Assembly: GCA_000433915.1 (NCBI GenBank)
Contig: HF993646.1
Location: forward strand, 133,357 to 197,356
Source of the DNA: Clostridium sp. CAG:793
GTDB taxonomy: Bacteria; Bacillota; Clostridia; TANB77; CAG-508
DNA: 64,000 nt
Reading direction: 5' to 3'
In this document: one piece after another, positions 20,464-28,641 of the stretch
Numbering within the stretch: position 1 is the stretch's first letter
Layout of the letters: each line of letters opens with the position of its first letter
Position numbers and translations under genes: made by a program
Notes under the pieces: generated by a model
What the model was told of the DNA's origin: nothing
Databases searched by the model: none
The model's input: the letters and a program-made list of their open reading frames with translations, nothing else

Positions 20464-20486
20464 AAATAAATATAAATTATAAAAAT

Positions 20487-20514
20487 AAGAATCAGAAATT
20501 TAATTCTGGTTCTT
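20487..20514. terminator. bidirectional hairpin terminator after rho
   Basis: AAGAATCAGAA, a 6-nt loop, TTCTGGTTCTT. A/T runs flank it on both sides. Confidence 0.5.
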
Positions 20515-20559
20515 ATAAATTTTTATTAAATAATATAAAAAGAATGGGGAGAATATTTA

Positions 20560-20588
20560 TTGACATTTTAAATTTATTATTATACTAT
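20560..20588 (+). promoter_or_regulatory. orphan sigma-A-like promoter (TTGACA-17-TACTAT) firing into an ORF-free spacer
   Basis: Read directly from the sequence. There is no ORF of 60 aa or more downstream on this strand. Confidence 0.4.
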
Positions 20589-20647
20589 ACTAACAACAAT
20601 TGATATAAAAGTACATTATTTATATTGAGAGAGTAGGGATAAGCTAT

Positions 20648-20675
20648 ATTTTATCAATTATAAATGAAATGACAA
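20648..20675 (-). promoter_or_regulatory. orphan minus-strand promoter (TTGTCA-16-TGaTAAAAT) facing the promoter at 20560
   Basis: Complement of TGACAA at 20670..20675 and ATTTTA at 20648..20653. The predicted RNA would begin near 20641 with a C-rich 5' end and could stop at the rho hairpin. Confidence 0.35.
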
Positions 20676-21585
20676 GTTGCGTGAAATCAAAGTTTCATGC
20701 AAATAAAGAGAGGGATAAAATATAAAACCATACATATATGGTCCTACCCGCAAAATCTTGCAATTCCTTGCTATTACTAGTATTTAAGCTATTTATCCTA
20801 ACAACAAACTATATTACTTTCTTATAAAACTCTCTTAAATTTGATTCTGAAGCCTCATTATTTTTAATTATTCTTGCTTGGATTTTTTTTCATTATTGTA
20901 ACCACATATTTAAAAAAATTTATATAACTTTAGATTATTTTTATCCAAATATCACAAATCCCCAGATTTCAGTATTTTGCTCAATTATTTAAACAACAAG
21001 TTATATGCCTAAAAAATAAAAACGCCTTAAAATCGATTCTTATGTATCTATATTTATGATTTATTTTAGGTTGCAAATTATAATTCTAATAGATTTTTTT
21101 ATGATATATGAATTTAATTTTTAATAAACTACTAATTTTAAATATTAAAAAGAAAAATTTTATTTTTGTGAAAGTTAAACAAAAAAATGTTTGGTTTTAA
21201 ATTTTATATAAAATTTTGCACAAAATCCAAGTTCAAATTATTGTATAAATTTTAATTATAAAAAAATTGTTTTATGTGATTATTTTTTCATTAAATTTCT
21301 TTTTATTATAATTTTAAAATTATTAACAATCTTTTAAGTAAATTATTTTTTAATTTTATTTACTTAATTTTGTATTTGTATTATTATATTATAAATAATT
21401 TTTGCTTTATACTCCCCCTACTCCCTCTCGGCTTTTTATATAAGAACTTCATTTATATATAATTATCTTCATTTTATTCTCGTTCAATAGAAAGTTCCTA
21501 TTTTATTTCTACAATTCTATGTACAATTATTTTATCATCCTTTTAAAAATTTTACTCATCTTATTATTTCCTTAATATCGTCTTA

Positions 21586-21614
21586 GATAAAAAATGTGAG
21601 CTAAATGCTCACAT
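21586..21614 (-). terminator. intrinsic terminator of the MATE-fusion gene
   Basis: ATGTGAGC, a 5-nt loop, GCTCACAT, starting 2 nt after the stop, followed by a U-run on the minus strand. Confidence 0.75.
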
Positions 21615-21615
21615 T

Positions 21616-23607
21616 CTAGTTATGATTTTTTACGAAATCACATATTAAATTAACTGCATTGTCTATGCCAATGGCATCGCTATTTATACATATATCATAG
21701 TTTGATGGATCATTCCATGTTTGTTCAGTATAGTATTCATAGTGATTTGCACGCAATTTGTTTATTCTCGTTATTTCTTTTTCAGCTTTTTCTTTGTCAA
21801 AGCCATAAAATTTTGTAGCTCTTTCTATTTTATTTTCAAGACTATTATTTATAAATATCGTAATTACATTTTTTCTGTCTTTTAGTATGTAATTAGCACA
21901 TCTTCCAACTATTACGCAAGATCCTTGTTCTGCAATTTCTTCTATTAATTTTGATTCTTTTATAAACAAATCATCTGAGTTATTTAATCCAGCATAGTAT
22001 CCTTGATTAAAGTTATCAAATATCGTTCTTTTTTGTTCATTGTCTTTTATGTATTCTGATGAAAGGCCTGTACTTTCAGACATTAGTTCAATTATGTTTT
22101 TATCATATAGTTTGATTCCTAATTTTTCTGCAACTAATTTTCCAATATATCTTCCGCCTGATCCGTATTCCCTTGCAATTGTTATTATTACATTTGAATT
22201 GTTCTCTTTCTCATTTTTAATTTTTGAAGTATGTTCTTGTATTTGTTTTGAATTTGGCTTTAATTGATGAACTTCAACACTTAATAATATTACTGCTAAT
22301 ACGAAAGCTATTCCGTCAGCGACTGGTCCTGCAACTAATACACCTATTATTCCATATATTGAGCTTAAAATTATCATTGCCGGGATTAGTATAATAATTT
22401 GTCTTGATAGTGAAAGTATTGCACTTTTTGTACTTTTTCCAATAGCTTGAAAGAATATTCCAGAAGGAATTTGTACACCATTGCATATACATAATAATAA
22501 ATATGTTCTAAAGGCTGTACATGCAAATTCGATATAATTTGCATCACCACTACCAAATATTAAAATTAATTTATCCGGAATTGTTTGAAATAGTATAAAG
22601 GCAATTGTACTTATTACAAGACTTGAACCTAATACAATTTTTAAAGTTTGTTTTACTCTATCAAATCTTTCAGCTCCATAGTTATATCCTAATATAGGCT
22701 GACTTCCAGCAGCTATTCCAATAATAATGCTATTCAATATCTGATTTATTTTCATTACAATACCAAGTACTGTAATTGGTATTTCTGCTCCATATTTACT
22801 GCTAGCACCATATTTTCCAAGTAAATTATTTTCAGCAGTCATAACACATACTATACTCATCTGAGTTATAAAACTACTAATTCCAAGCATAGCTATTCTT
22901 TTGCAAACACTTGCTTTTAGTTTAAAACATTCTTTAGTAATTTTTATTGATTTAAATTTCTTTATATAAATTATATTTAATATAAAAGTAACTATCTGGC
23001 TTATAACTGTTGCAATTGCTGCTCCTGCAACACCTTTATGAAATACAAATATGAATATTGGATCTAGTATTGTATTTAATACGGCTCCTGCTACCATACT
23101 TGTCATTGCATATTTAGGACTTCCATCAGCTCTTATTATTGAGTTTAATGTTGTTCCTATCATTGAGAAAGGAAATCCTATTGCTATTATCATTCCATAA
23201 GTTGTTGCAAGTTCTCTTAAATTATCTGTGCAACCAAATATTGTAAGGAATTGTTGTAAAAATATTAATGTAATTACGCTAAATAATACTGATACTATGC
23301 TAGAAATTACTATTCCATTTCCTATTCCTTGTTCTGCTTCTTTTTTCTTCTTTTCTCCTAACTTTAAGCTTAGGTATGCTGATGCACCATCACCAAACAT
23401 TAGAGAAAATGCTAATCCTATCATAACTAGAGGAAATACTACGTTTGTTGCTCCATTTCCTAGATATCCTACACCTTGTCCAATGAATATTTGGTCTACT
23501 ATATTATATAATGAGTTTACCAACATTGATATTATACAAGGTATTGAGAATGCTCTGATTAATTTTCCTACTTTTTCTGTTCCAAGTATGTTTTCTTCTT
23601 GTTCCAT
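21616..23607 (-). CDS. fusion protein: MATE-family efflux transporter (N-terminal, about 450 aa) plus a cytidylate-kinase-like domain (C-terminal, about 200 aa)
   Basis: 663 aa with GGAGG SD. The N-terminus is a 12-TM MATE pattern (SLYNIVDQIFIGQGVG). The C-terminus reads IITIAREYGSGGRYIGKLVAEKLGIKLYDKNII, typical of the cytidylate kinase-like family. Confidence 0.85.
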   Translation of the reverse strand: MEQEENILGTEKVGKLIRAFSIPCIISMLVNSLYNIVDQIFIGQGVGYLGNGATNVVFPLVMIGLAFSLMFGDGASAYLSLKLGEKKKKEAEQGIGNGIVISSIVSVLFSVITLIFLQQFLTIFGCTDNLRELATTYGMIIAIGFPFSMIGTTLNSIIRADGSPKYAMTSMVAGAVLNTILDPIFIFVFHKGVAGAAIATVISQIVTFILNIIYIKKFKSIKITKECFKLKASVCKRIAMLGISSFITQMSIVCVMTAENNLLGKYGASSKYGAEIPITVLGIVMKINQILNSIIIGIAAGSQPILGYNYGAERFDRVKQTLKIVLGSSLVISTIAFILFQTIPDKLILIFGSGDANYIEFACTAFRTYLLLCICNGVQIPSGIFFQAIGKSTKSAILSLSRQIIILIPAMIILSSIYGIIGVLVAGPVADGIAFVLAVILLSVEVHQLKPNSKQIQEHTSKIKNEKENNSNVIITIAREYGSGGRYIGKLVAEKLGIKLYDKNIIELMSESTGLSSEYIKDNEQKRTIFDNFNQGYYAGLNNSDDLFIKESKLIEEIAEQGSCVIVGRCANYILKDRKNVITIFINNSLENKIERATKFYGFDKEKAEKEITRINKLRANHYEYYTEQTWNDPSNYDICINSDAIGIDNAVNLICDFVKNHN

Positions 23608-23779
23608 TTCTTCCTCCTTCGACTTTTTGTTGTAACCAACTAATCTATTTTATATCTAAACCGTCAAAAAGTCAATTACTCATAGGGAAAAAAAATTGAC
23701 TCTAAAATTATAAAAAGACTTAACAAATAAAATTTGTTATGGTATGATATTTATATATTTTAACAAAGGAGGATTTGTC

Positions 23780-24352
23780 ATGGTAGATTACATTAAAAAG
23801 ATTGTTAGAACATCTATATTTATATCTATATTGCTTTTAGTTCTTTCTGTATTTATGGTTACTAGACCTATAGGAACTGTTAATATACTACTTATGTTTT
23901 TTGGATATATTTTAGTTGTTGATGGTATTTTGCATTTCATCTCTTATTTCTCAATGAAAGATGAATACAGATTTTTTAGCTTTGAATTAGCTCAAGCTAT
24001 AGTATACATCATTGCTGGATTCACTATTGTATGCAATGTAAATGTTGTTACTCAATCTCTTGCTATAATTGTTGGTGTATGGATTGTATTTGAAAGCATT
24101 ATAAAGCTTCAAATTGCAGTTAATATCAAAGATTATAGAGGTGTTAATTGGGGAATCATGCTTTTCATGTCAATTTTATCAGCAATTTTAGGTGTTGTAC
24201 TTATTTTAAAACCTTTTGCTTCAACAGAAATTTTAATTAGATTTACAGGTGCAATATTAACAATAAGTCAATTAATTGAAATATATGATGATATATATGT
24301 TTTAAATCAAGTTGGCAAGGCTGAAAAAATTATTGAAGAAGAAACAAAATAA
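23780..24352 (+). CDS. HdeD/DUF308-family membrane protein
   Basis: Start moved to the ATG at 23780, with AAAGGAGG 7 nt upstream. It has repeated TM hairpins typical of DUF308. Confidence 0.7.
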   Translation: MVDYIKKIVRTSIFISILLLVLSVFMVTRPIGTVNILLMFFGYILVVDGILHFISYFSMKDEYRFFSFELAQAIVYIIAGFTIVCNVNVVTQSLAIIVGVWIVFESIIKLQIAVNIKDYRGVNWGIMLFMSILSAILGVVLILKPFASTEILIRFTGAILTISQLIEIYDDIYVLNQVGKAEKIIEEETK

Positions 24353-24359
24353 TAAAACA

Positions 24360-24396
24360 AAAATGAGATTTAATTGAGTTTAAATCTCATTTTTTA
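24360..24396. terminator. bidirectional terminator between convergent genes
   Basis: AATGAGATTTAA, a loop, TTAAATCTCATT, flanked by A- and T-runs. It includes the last codons of the recombinase gene. Confidence 0.7.
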
Positions 24397-25387
24397 TAAA
24401 TGTTTGTGGATGTGAAAGTGGATTTGATTCCACTGCATTTCTAACTTGTTCATTGTCAACATGTGTATAAATTTCAGTAGTTGATATGCTTTGATGTCCT
24501 AATAATTCTTGCAATGCACGTATGTCTACTTGACCATATTTATACATTAATGTTGCTGCTGTGTGTCGCAATTTATGTGTTGAATATTTTGTTGTATCTA
24601 GTCCAGCTTTTTGAAGTTCTCTCGCTACTACATTTTCGACTGTTCTCTTACTTATTCGTTGCCTATAACTACTTAAAAATAAAGCTTTGTCTGAATTTTT
24701 AGAATCTTTTTTTGCATTATTAGGACGTACACTTAAATATGAATTTACTGCATCAATACATGCTTTATTTAGATATATTGTTCTTTCTTTATTTCCTTTT
24801 CCTATAACGGTTAATCTGTAATCATCAAACTTAATATCTGATATATTAATTCCAATCAATTCTGACAAACGTAATCCACAGTTTAGGAATAGTGTGATGA
24901 TAGCAAAATCTCTTTCTTTATTTTTATTTTCTTCATCATTTGCTGACACATTTAGTAATTTTTCACTATCTTCCAATGTCAAATATTTAGGAAGTCTTTT
25001 ATTCAATTTAGGTGTTTCTAGATTCTGTGCAGGATTATTCGGTATCATATTAGTTGTTATTGTAAGGTATTTAAAAAATATTCGTATTGTTGATATCCTT
25101 TTTGCGCAAGTTGCTGGGCCACATCTTCTATTGATTGATAAATATGTTATAAAAGTATGAATATCTTCTTGAGTAATTCTTTTTAAATCTTCAATGCTGA
25201 AATCTTTTATTTGTATTAGTTCGAAATCTTTTTCATCAGTTAATTTAAAATGGTATTTCATATATCTTAAAAACATTACTAAATCACAATTATATTGCTC
25301 TACTGAATTTGGTGATTTTCTTTGATATGCTAATGAGTATTCTAAGAATGAATTTAAGTAAGCTGGATTTTCTTCTGTTCTAATCAT
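24380..25387 (-). CDS. tyrosine recombinase, XerC/XerD-like
   Basis: 335 aa with a complete catalytic set: GLRLSEL (Arg), HKLRHTAAT (His-x-x-Arg) and LGHQSISTTEIYTHV (Tyr). It starts 15 nt downstream of prfB. Confidence 0.85.
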   Translation of the reverse strand: MIRTEENPAYLNSFLEYSLAYQRKSPNSVEQYNCDLVMFLRYMKYHFKLTDEKDFELIQIKDFSIEDLKRITQEDIHTFITYLSINRRCGPATCAKRISTIRIFFKYLTITTNMIPNNPAQNLETPKLNKRLPKYLTLEDSEKLLNVSANDEENKNKERDFAIITLFLNCGLRLSELIGINISDIKFDDYRLTVIGKGNKERTIYLNKACIDAVNSYLSVRPNNAKKDSKNSDKALFLSSYRQRISKRTVENVVARELQKAGLDTTKYSTHKLRHTAATLMYKYGQVDIRALQELLGHQSISTTEIYTHVDNEQVRNAVESNPLSHPQTFIKNEI

Positions 25388-25402
25388 ATATTTTTCCTTT
25401 CT

Positions 25403-26512
25403 TTACGAATCATGTACTTGCTTTTTTAAGTATGCATAAATAAAATCGTTTAAATCACCGTTCATAACTTTTTGAACGTCACCTACTTCGTATCCTGTTC
25501 TATGGTCTTTTACTAATGTATATGGGCAAAAAACATATGAACGAATCTGGCTTCCCCATGCTATGTCCATTTGAATACCTTTTAGATCTTCTATTTTTTC
25601 TTTGTTTTCTTTTTCTTTTAAGTTTACAAGTTTTGATTTTAGCATTTTCATTGCAGTGTCTTTATTTTGAAATTGACTTCTCTCAGTTTGACATGCCACA
25701 ACTATTCCGGTTGGAATATGTGTTAATCTAACTGCTGATGATGTTTTATTTATATGCTGTCCACCGGCTCCAGATGCTCTATATACATCCATTTTTATAT
25801 CATCTGGATTAATATATACATCTGCATCATTCGATATTTCTGGTAATACTTCAACAGAAGCAAAAGATGTGTGTCTTCTGCCTCCGCTGTCAAATGGTGA
25901 AATTCTTACTAATCTATGAACTCCGTGCTCAGATTTTAGATATCCATAAGCATAATCACCTGAAACTAAGAACGTTACGCTTTTTAGTCCTGCTTCTTCA
26001 CCATCTAAATAATCTAATTCTTCTATTTTAAATCCATTCTCTGTTCCCCATCTTGTATACATTCTGTAAAGCATTTCAGCCCAATCTTGAGCTTCTGTTC
26101 CTCCTGCTCCTGGGTGAATCGTTATTATTGCATTATTTTTGTCATATTTGCCTGATAATAATGTTGCTATCTCAAGACTTTCTAAATCCTTATCAATCTT
26201 TTCCGAGGATTTTTGAATTTCTTTTTCAATCTCATCATCCTGTTCTACTGACAATAATTCTAACATTTCTTTGACAGTCTCTATTTCATTTTTTACATTT
26301 GCATATTGTGTTATTTTCTTTTTTAATTCAGTTATCCTAGCAAGTTTTTTACTAGAGCTTTCTGCTTCATTCCAAAAAGACTGATCTTCAGTTTCTTTTT
26401 CAAGAGCTTTTAATTCCTGTTCAAGACTCTCTATATTAATTGAATTACCTATGTCTTCAATTTTATGTATTTGTTCATTATTAACTCTAATATTTTCTTC
26501 TAAGTCAAACAT
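25403..26512 (-). CDS. prfB: peptide chain release factor 2, encoded as one uninterrupted ORF
   Basis: 369 aa with an SPF tripeptide (RISPFDSGGRRHTSF) and GGQ (ASGAGGQHINK). The N-terminus is contiguous and there is no in-frame UGA. Confidence 0.95.
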   Translation of the reverse strand: MFDLEENIRVNNEQIHKIEDIGNSINIESLEQELKALEKETEDQSFWNEAESSSKKLARITELKKKITQYANVKNEIETVKEMLELLSVEQDDEIEKEIQKSSEKIDKDLESLEIATLLSGKYDKNNAIITIHPGAGGTEAQDWAEMLYRMYTRWGTENGFKIEELDYLDGEEAGLKSVTFLVSGDYAYGYLKSEHGVHRLVRISPFDSGGRRHTSFASVEVLPEISNDADVYINPDDIKMDVYRASGAGGQHINKTSSAVRLTHIPTGIVVACQTERSQFQNKDTAMKMLKSKLVNLKEKENKEKIEDLKGIQMDIAWGSQIRSYVFCPYTLVKDHRTGYEVGDVQKVMNGDLNDFIYAYLKKQVHDS

Positions 26513-26532
26513 TATATAACTCCTAAGCTTAA

Positions 26533-27240
26533 TTATTTTTGATATGGGACTCTTTTGAATTCTTCTAATCTAATTTTATATGCTTCAATACAATTTTCTT
26601 CAAAAGCCAATGTCGTGTCTTCTGCTCCCATTAATTTTAATAATTTCTTTGTAAAGTATGGATTTAATACCAGGATTGGCCCTGTTAGATATGTTCCAAA
26701 GAAATTATGATCTTTTATTCCTTCTAACTTACTTTCAGGATTAATTCCTATCCCCTTTTCTACTTCTAAGAAATATGAATTATTATTATTTCCATACATC
26801 ATACTAAATTGGCTTTTAAAGCCTACTACTTCTATGTCTTCAAACTTTCCGATACATAAACTATTATGTCTATGCATCATATCTCTTTTGGCGTAAACAT
26901 CAAAGATGCCTAATCCTTCAATTTTGCTACCATCTTCATTTTCAATATATTTTCCTAAAACCTCTAAAGCATTTCCTGTAAATAAAAATACGGTACCTTT
27001 GTTTATTAGCTCAATTATTCTTTCTTTATAAGGCTGTAGTTTATTTATTACTTTTTCTTGAGTTCTTTCAGTCATAGGACCTAAGTAAATTAAGTTTACA
27101 TCTTCTTTTACAAATGCTGGTTCTTGGTCTATTGATGAGTCTATAAATTCTGCATCTGGCAAACATTTTTTTAAATATTTTATATTACTTATATCTCCAA
27201 ATAGATTGCAAAATTCAGGAAACAATGTTTCTATTTTCAT
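26533..27240 (-). CDS. gatD: GatD-like (CobQ-type amidotransferase) partner of MurT, with the catalytic Cys and His positions substituted
   Basis: 235 aa, starting 24 nt after murT. It is collinear by eye with S. aureus GatD, but reads LFTGNALEVLG and GTYLTGPIL where CGG[YF]Q..LG and GTYLHGPIL are expected. Confidence 0.75.
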   Translation of the reverse strand: MKIETLFPEFCNLFGDISNIKYLKKCLPDAEFIDSSIDQEPAFVKEDVNLIYLGPMTERTQEKVINKLQPYKERIIELINKGTVFLFTGNALEVLGKYIENEDGSKIEGLGIFDVYAKRDMMHRHNSLCIGKFEDIEVVGFKSQFSMMYGNNNNSYFLEVEKGIGINPESKLEGIKDHNFFGTYLTGPILVLNPYFTKKLLKLMGAEDTTLAFEENCIEAYKIRLEEFKRVPYQK

Positions 27241-27264
27241 TTCTAATTTCCTCTCTTTTAGTTA

Positions 27265-28641
27265 TTAATCATGACATTCATTTGCCATTTTTTCTACGTC
27301 TTTTTTGATTTGATTCATTAAATGAATAGTATATATGTCATAAAGAATAAATACTGTATCAACATCTTTAATATTTAAATTTTTAGTTGAGTCTAGTTCA
27401 TTTCGTGTATGAACTATTTTTTCTTCTGGGACTCCTGCTAGTTCTAGTCGTATATAAGTATCCCAATGTCTTGCTCCTGCCGTAATTACTTGTTTTATTG
27501 AATTATCATTTAAAAATTCATAATCTGTATCATAATGCCATGTTATATTTTCTGAGCTATTATGTGCATCATGAAAATCATCTAATATAAGTATTACTGC
27601 TTTTTTTCCTGGTTCTTTTCTTATATAATCAAATACTCTTGAACATGCAATTGGGTTCATTCCTTTTGCTAAATGATTTATTATCTTTTTTCCATTTATA
27701 GTTTCTTCTGAATATCTAGTTTCAACAATCTTTTGCTTTTTTAAAGTATTATTGATTTGCTCTGCTGGCATTCCAAATTCTCTAAGTAATGTTATTACAG
27801 CTAACATGTTGTAAATATTAATTATATTATCTGTTATTAAATCATATTCTTCTTTATTTCCATGATACATTAATGTCATTTTTCTTGCTGGTATATCAAG
27901 GTTTGTTACTTCATAATCTATTTCAGGAGAGCCATAATCACACTTTGGACAATGAGCTCGTCCAATATGATTGTAACGGACATAATCATATTTTAATTTT
28001 GTATTGCATTTTGGACATACAACTATATCTCTTACAATGTTTTGACATTCATCTGTATCAGTATCTAGTCTATCTATTCCAAAATATACTCTTTTATTTC
28101 CTTCTGCTAAATGACATGATATTAAATCATCTCCATTTAGAATAAGTTTTGTCTCTTTTGGAATATATTTATTTAATATTCCTGCAATAAACTCTGAATG
28201 AGCATTTCTTATCATTGAATCTCTAAATAAATTTGTGCAAATTAGATATGTTGGAGTTAAATATGGATATACTTTATTAGCACTACGTTCATCTATTTCT
28301 AATACTGCTATTTTCTTTTTAGTCTTTCCTAAAAGATTAGCACCTTTAATTAATGTTGTTGCAACTCCTGAATTTACATTTGATCCTAAGCTATTATCTA
28401 TTATGTCATAATTATTTGCTTTAAGTACATCTTCTATCATATTGCTTACAGTTGTTTTTCCATTTGTTCCTGTAACTGCGATTATTGTTTCTGGTTTGTC
28501 AATCATGCCAATAAAATCTGGGCATATTGAAACAGCAAATTTTCCAGGAAAATATGATGCGTTACGTTTTAGTATTTTTAATAAAACATTTCCTGCTTTA
28601 GCTCCCCATAGTGCTATATAAAATCTTAAACTTTTTCTCAT
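27265..28641 (-). CDS. murT: MurT-type Mur ligase (lipid II isoglutaminyl synthase subunit family)
   Basis: 458 aa with the VTGTNGKTT P-loop and a CPKC...CPKC zinc ribbon characteristic of MurT. A GatD homologue follows. Confidence 0.85.
   Translation of the reverse strand: MRKSLRFYIALWGAKAGNVLLKILKRNASYFPGKFAVSICPDFIGMIDKPETIIAVTGTNGKTTVSNMIEDVLKANNYDIIDNSLGSNVNSGVATTLIKGANLLGKTKKKIAVLEIDERSANKVYPYLTPTYLICTNLFRDSMIRNAHSEFIAGILNKYIPKETKLILNGDDLISCHLAEGNKRVYFGIDRLDTDTDECQNIVRDIVVCPKCNTKLKYDYVRYNHIGRAHCPKCDYGSPEIDYEVTNLDIPARKMTLMYHGNKEEYDLITDNIINIYNMLAVITLLREFGMPAEQINNTLKKQKIVETRYSEETINGKKIINHLAKGMNPIACSRVFDYIRKEPGKKAVILILDDFHDAHNSSENITWHYDTDYEFLNDNSIKQVITAGARHWDTYIRLELAGVPEEKIVHTRNELDSTKNLNIKDVDTVFILYDIYTIHLMNQIKKDVEKMANECHD

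Noticed and set aside
20627-20760. Possible degenerate T-box leader (AGAGAGTAGGG resembling stem I GA/AGTA elements; TGGTCCTACCCGC resembling the T-box GGTGGTACCGCG)
   Set aside because: The T-box-like string has several mismatches and an insertion. The spacing is too short, there is no terminator/antiterminator pair, and no aminoacyl-tRNA synthetase or amino-acid gene lies downstream.
20590-20807. 10-bp direct repeat CTAACAACAA at 20590 and 20798, considered as a target-site duplication of a roughly 200-bp insertion
   Set aside because: No terminal inverted repeats lie inside the repeats. A 10-mer of A/C-rich sequence recurring once in an AT-rich spacer is weak evidence.
20636-20950. Possible DnaA-box cluster or secondary origin next to a very AT-rich stretch (four TTATCC cores)
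   Set aside because: Each 9-mer differs from TTATCCACA at 1-3 positions, mostly in the critical CACA part. No dnaA or dnaN context is present. Chance occurrence is likely in AT-rich DNA.
21440-21505. FRT-like half-site resemblance (AGAAAGTTCCTATTTT and GAACTTC nearby)
   Set aside because: Only a 6-bp inverted match separated by about 45 nt. No Flp-type recombinase is present. Judged coincidental.
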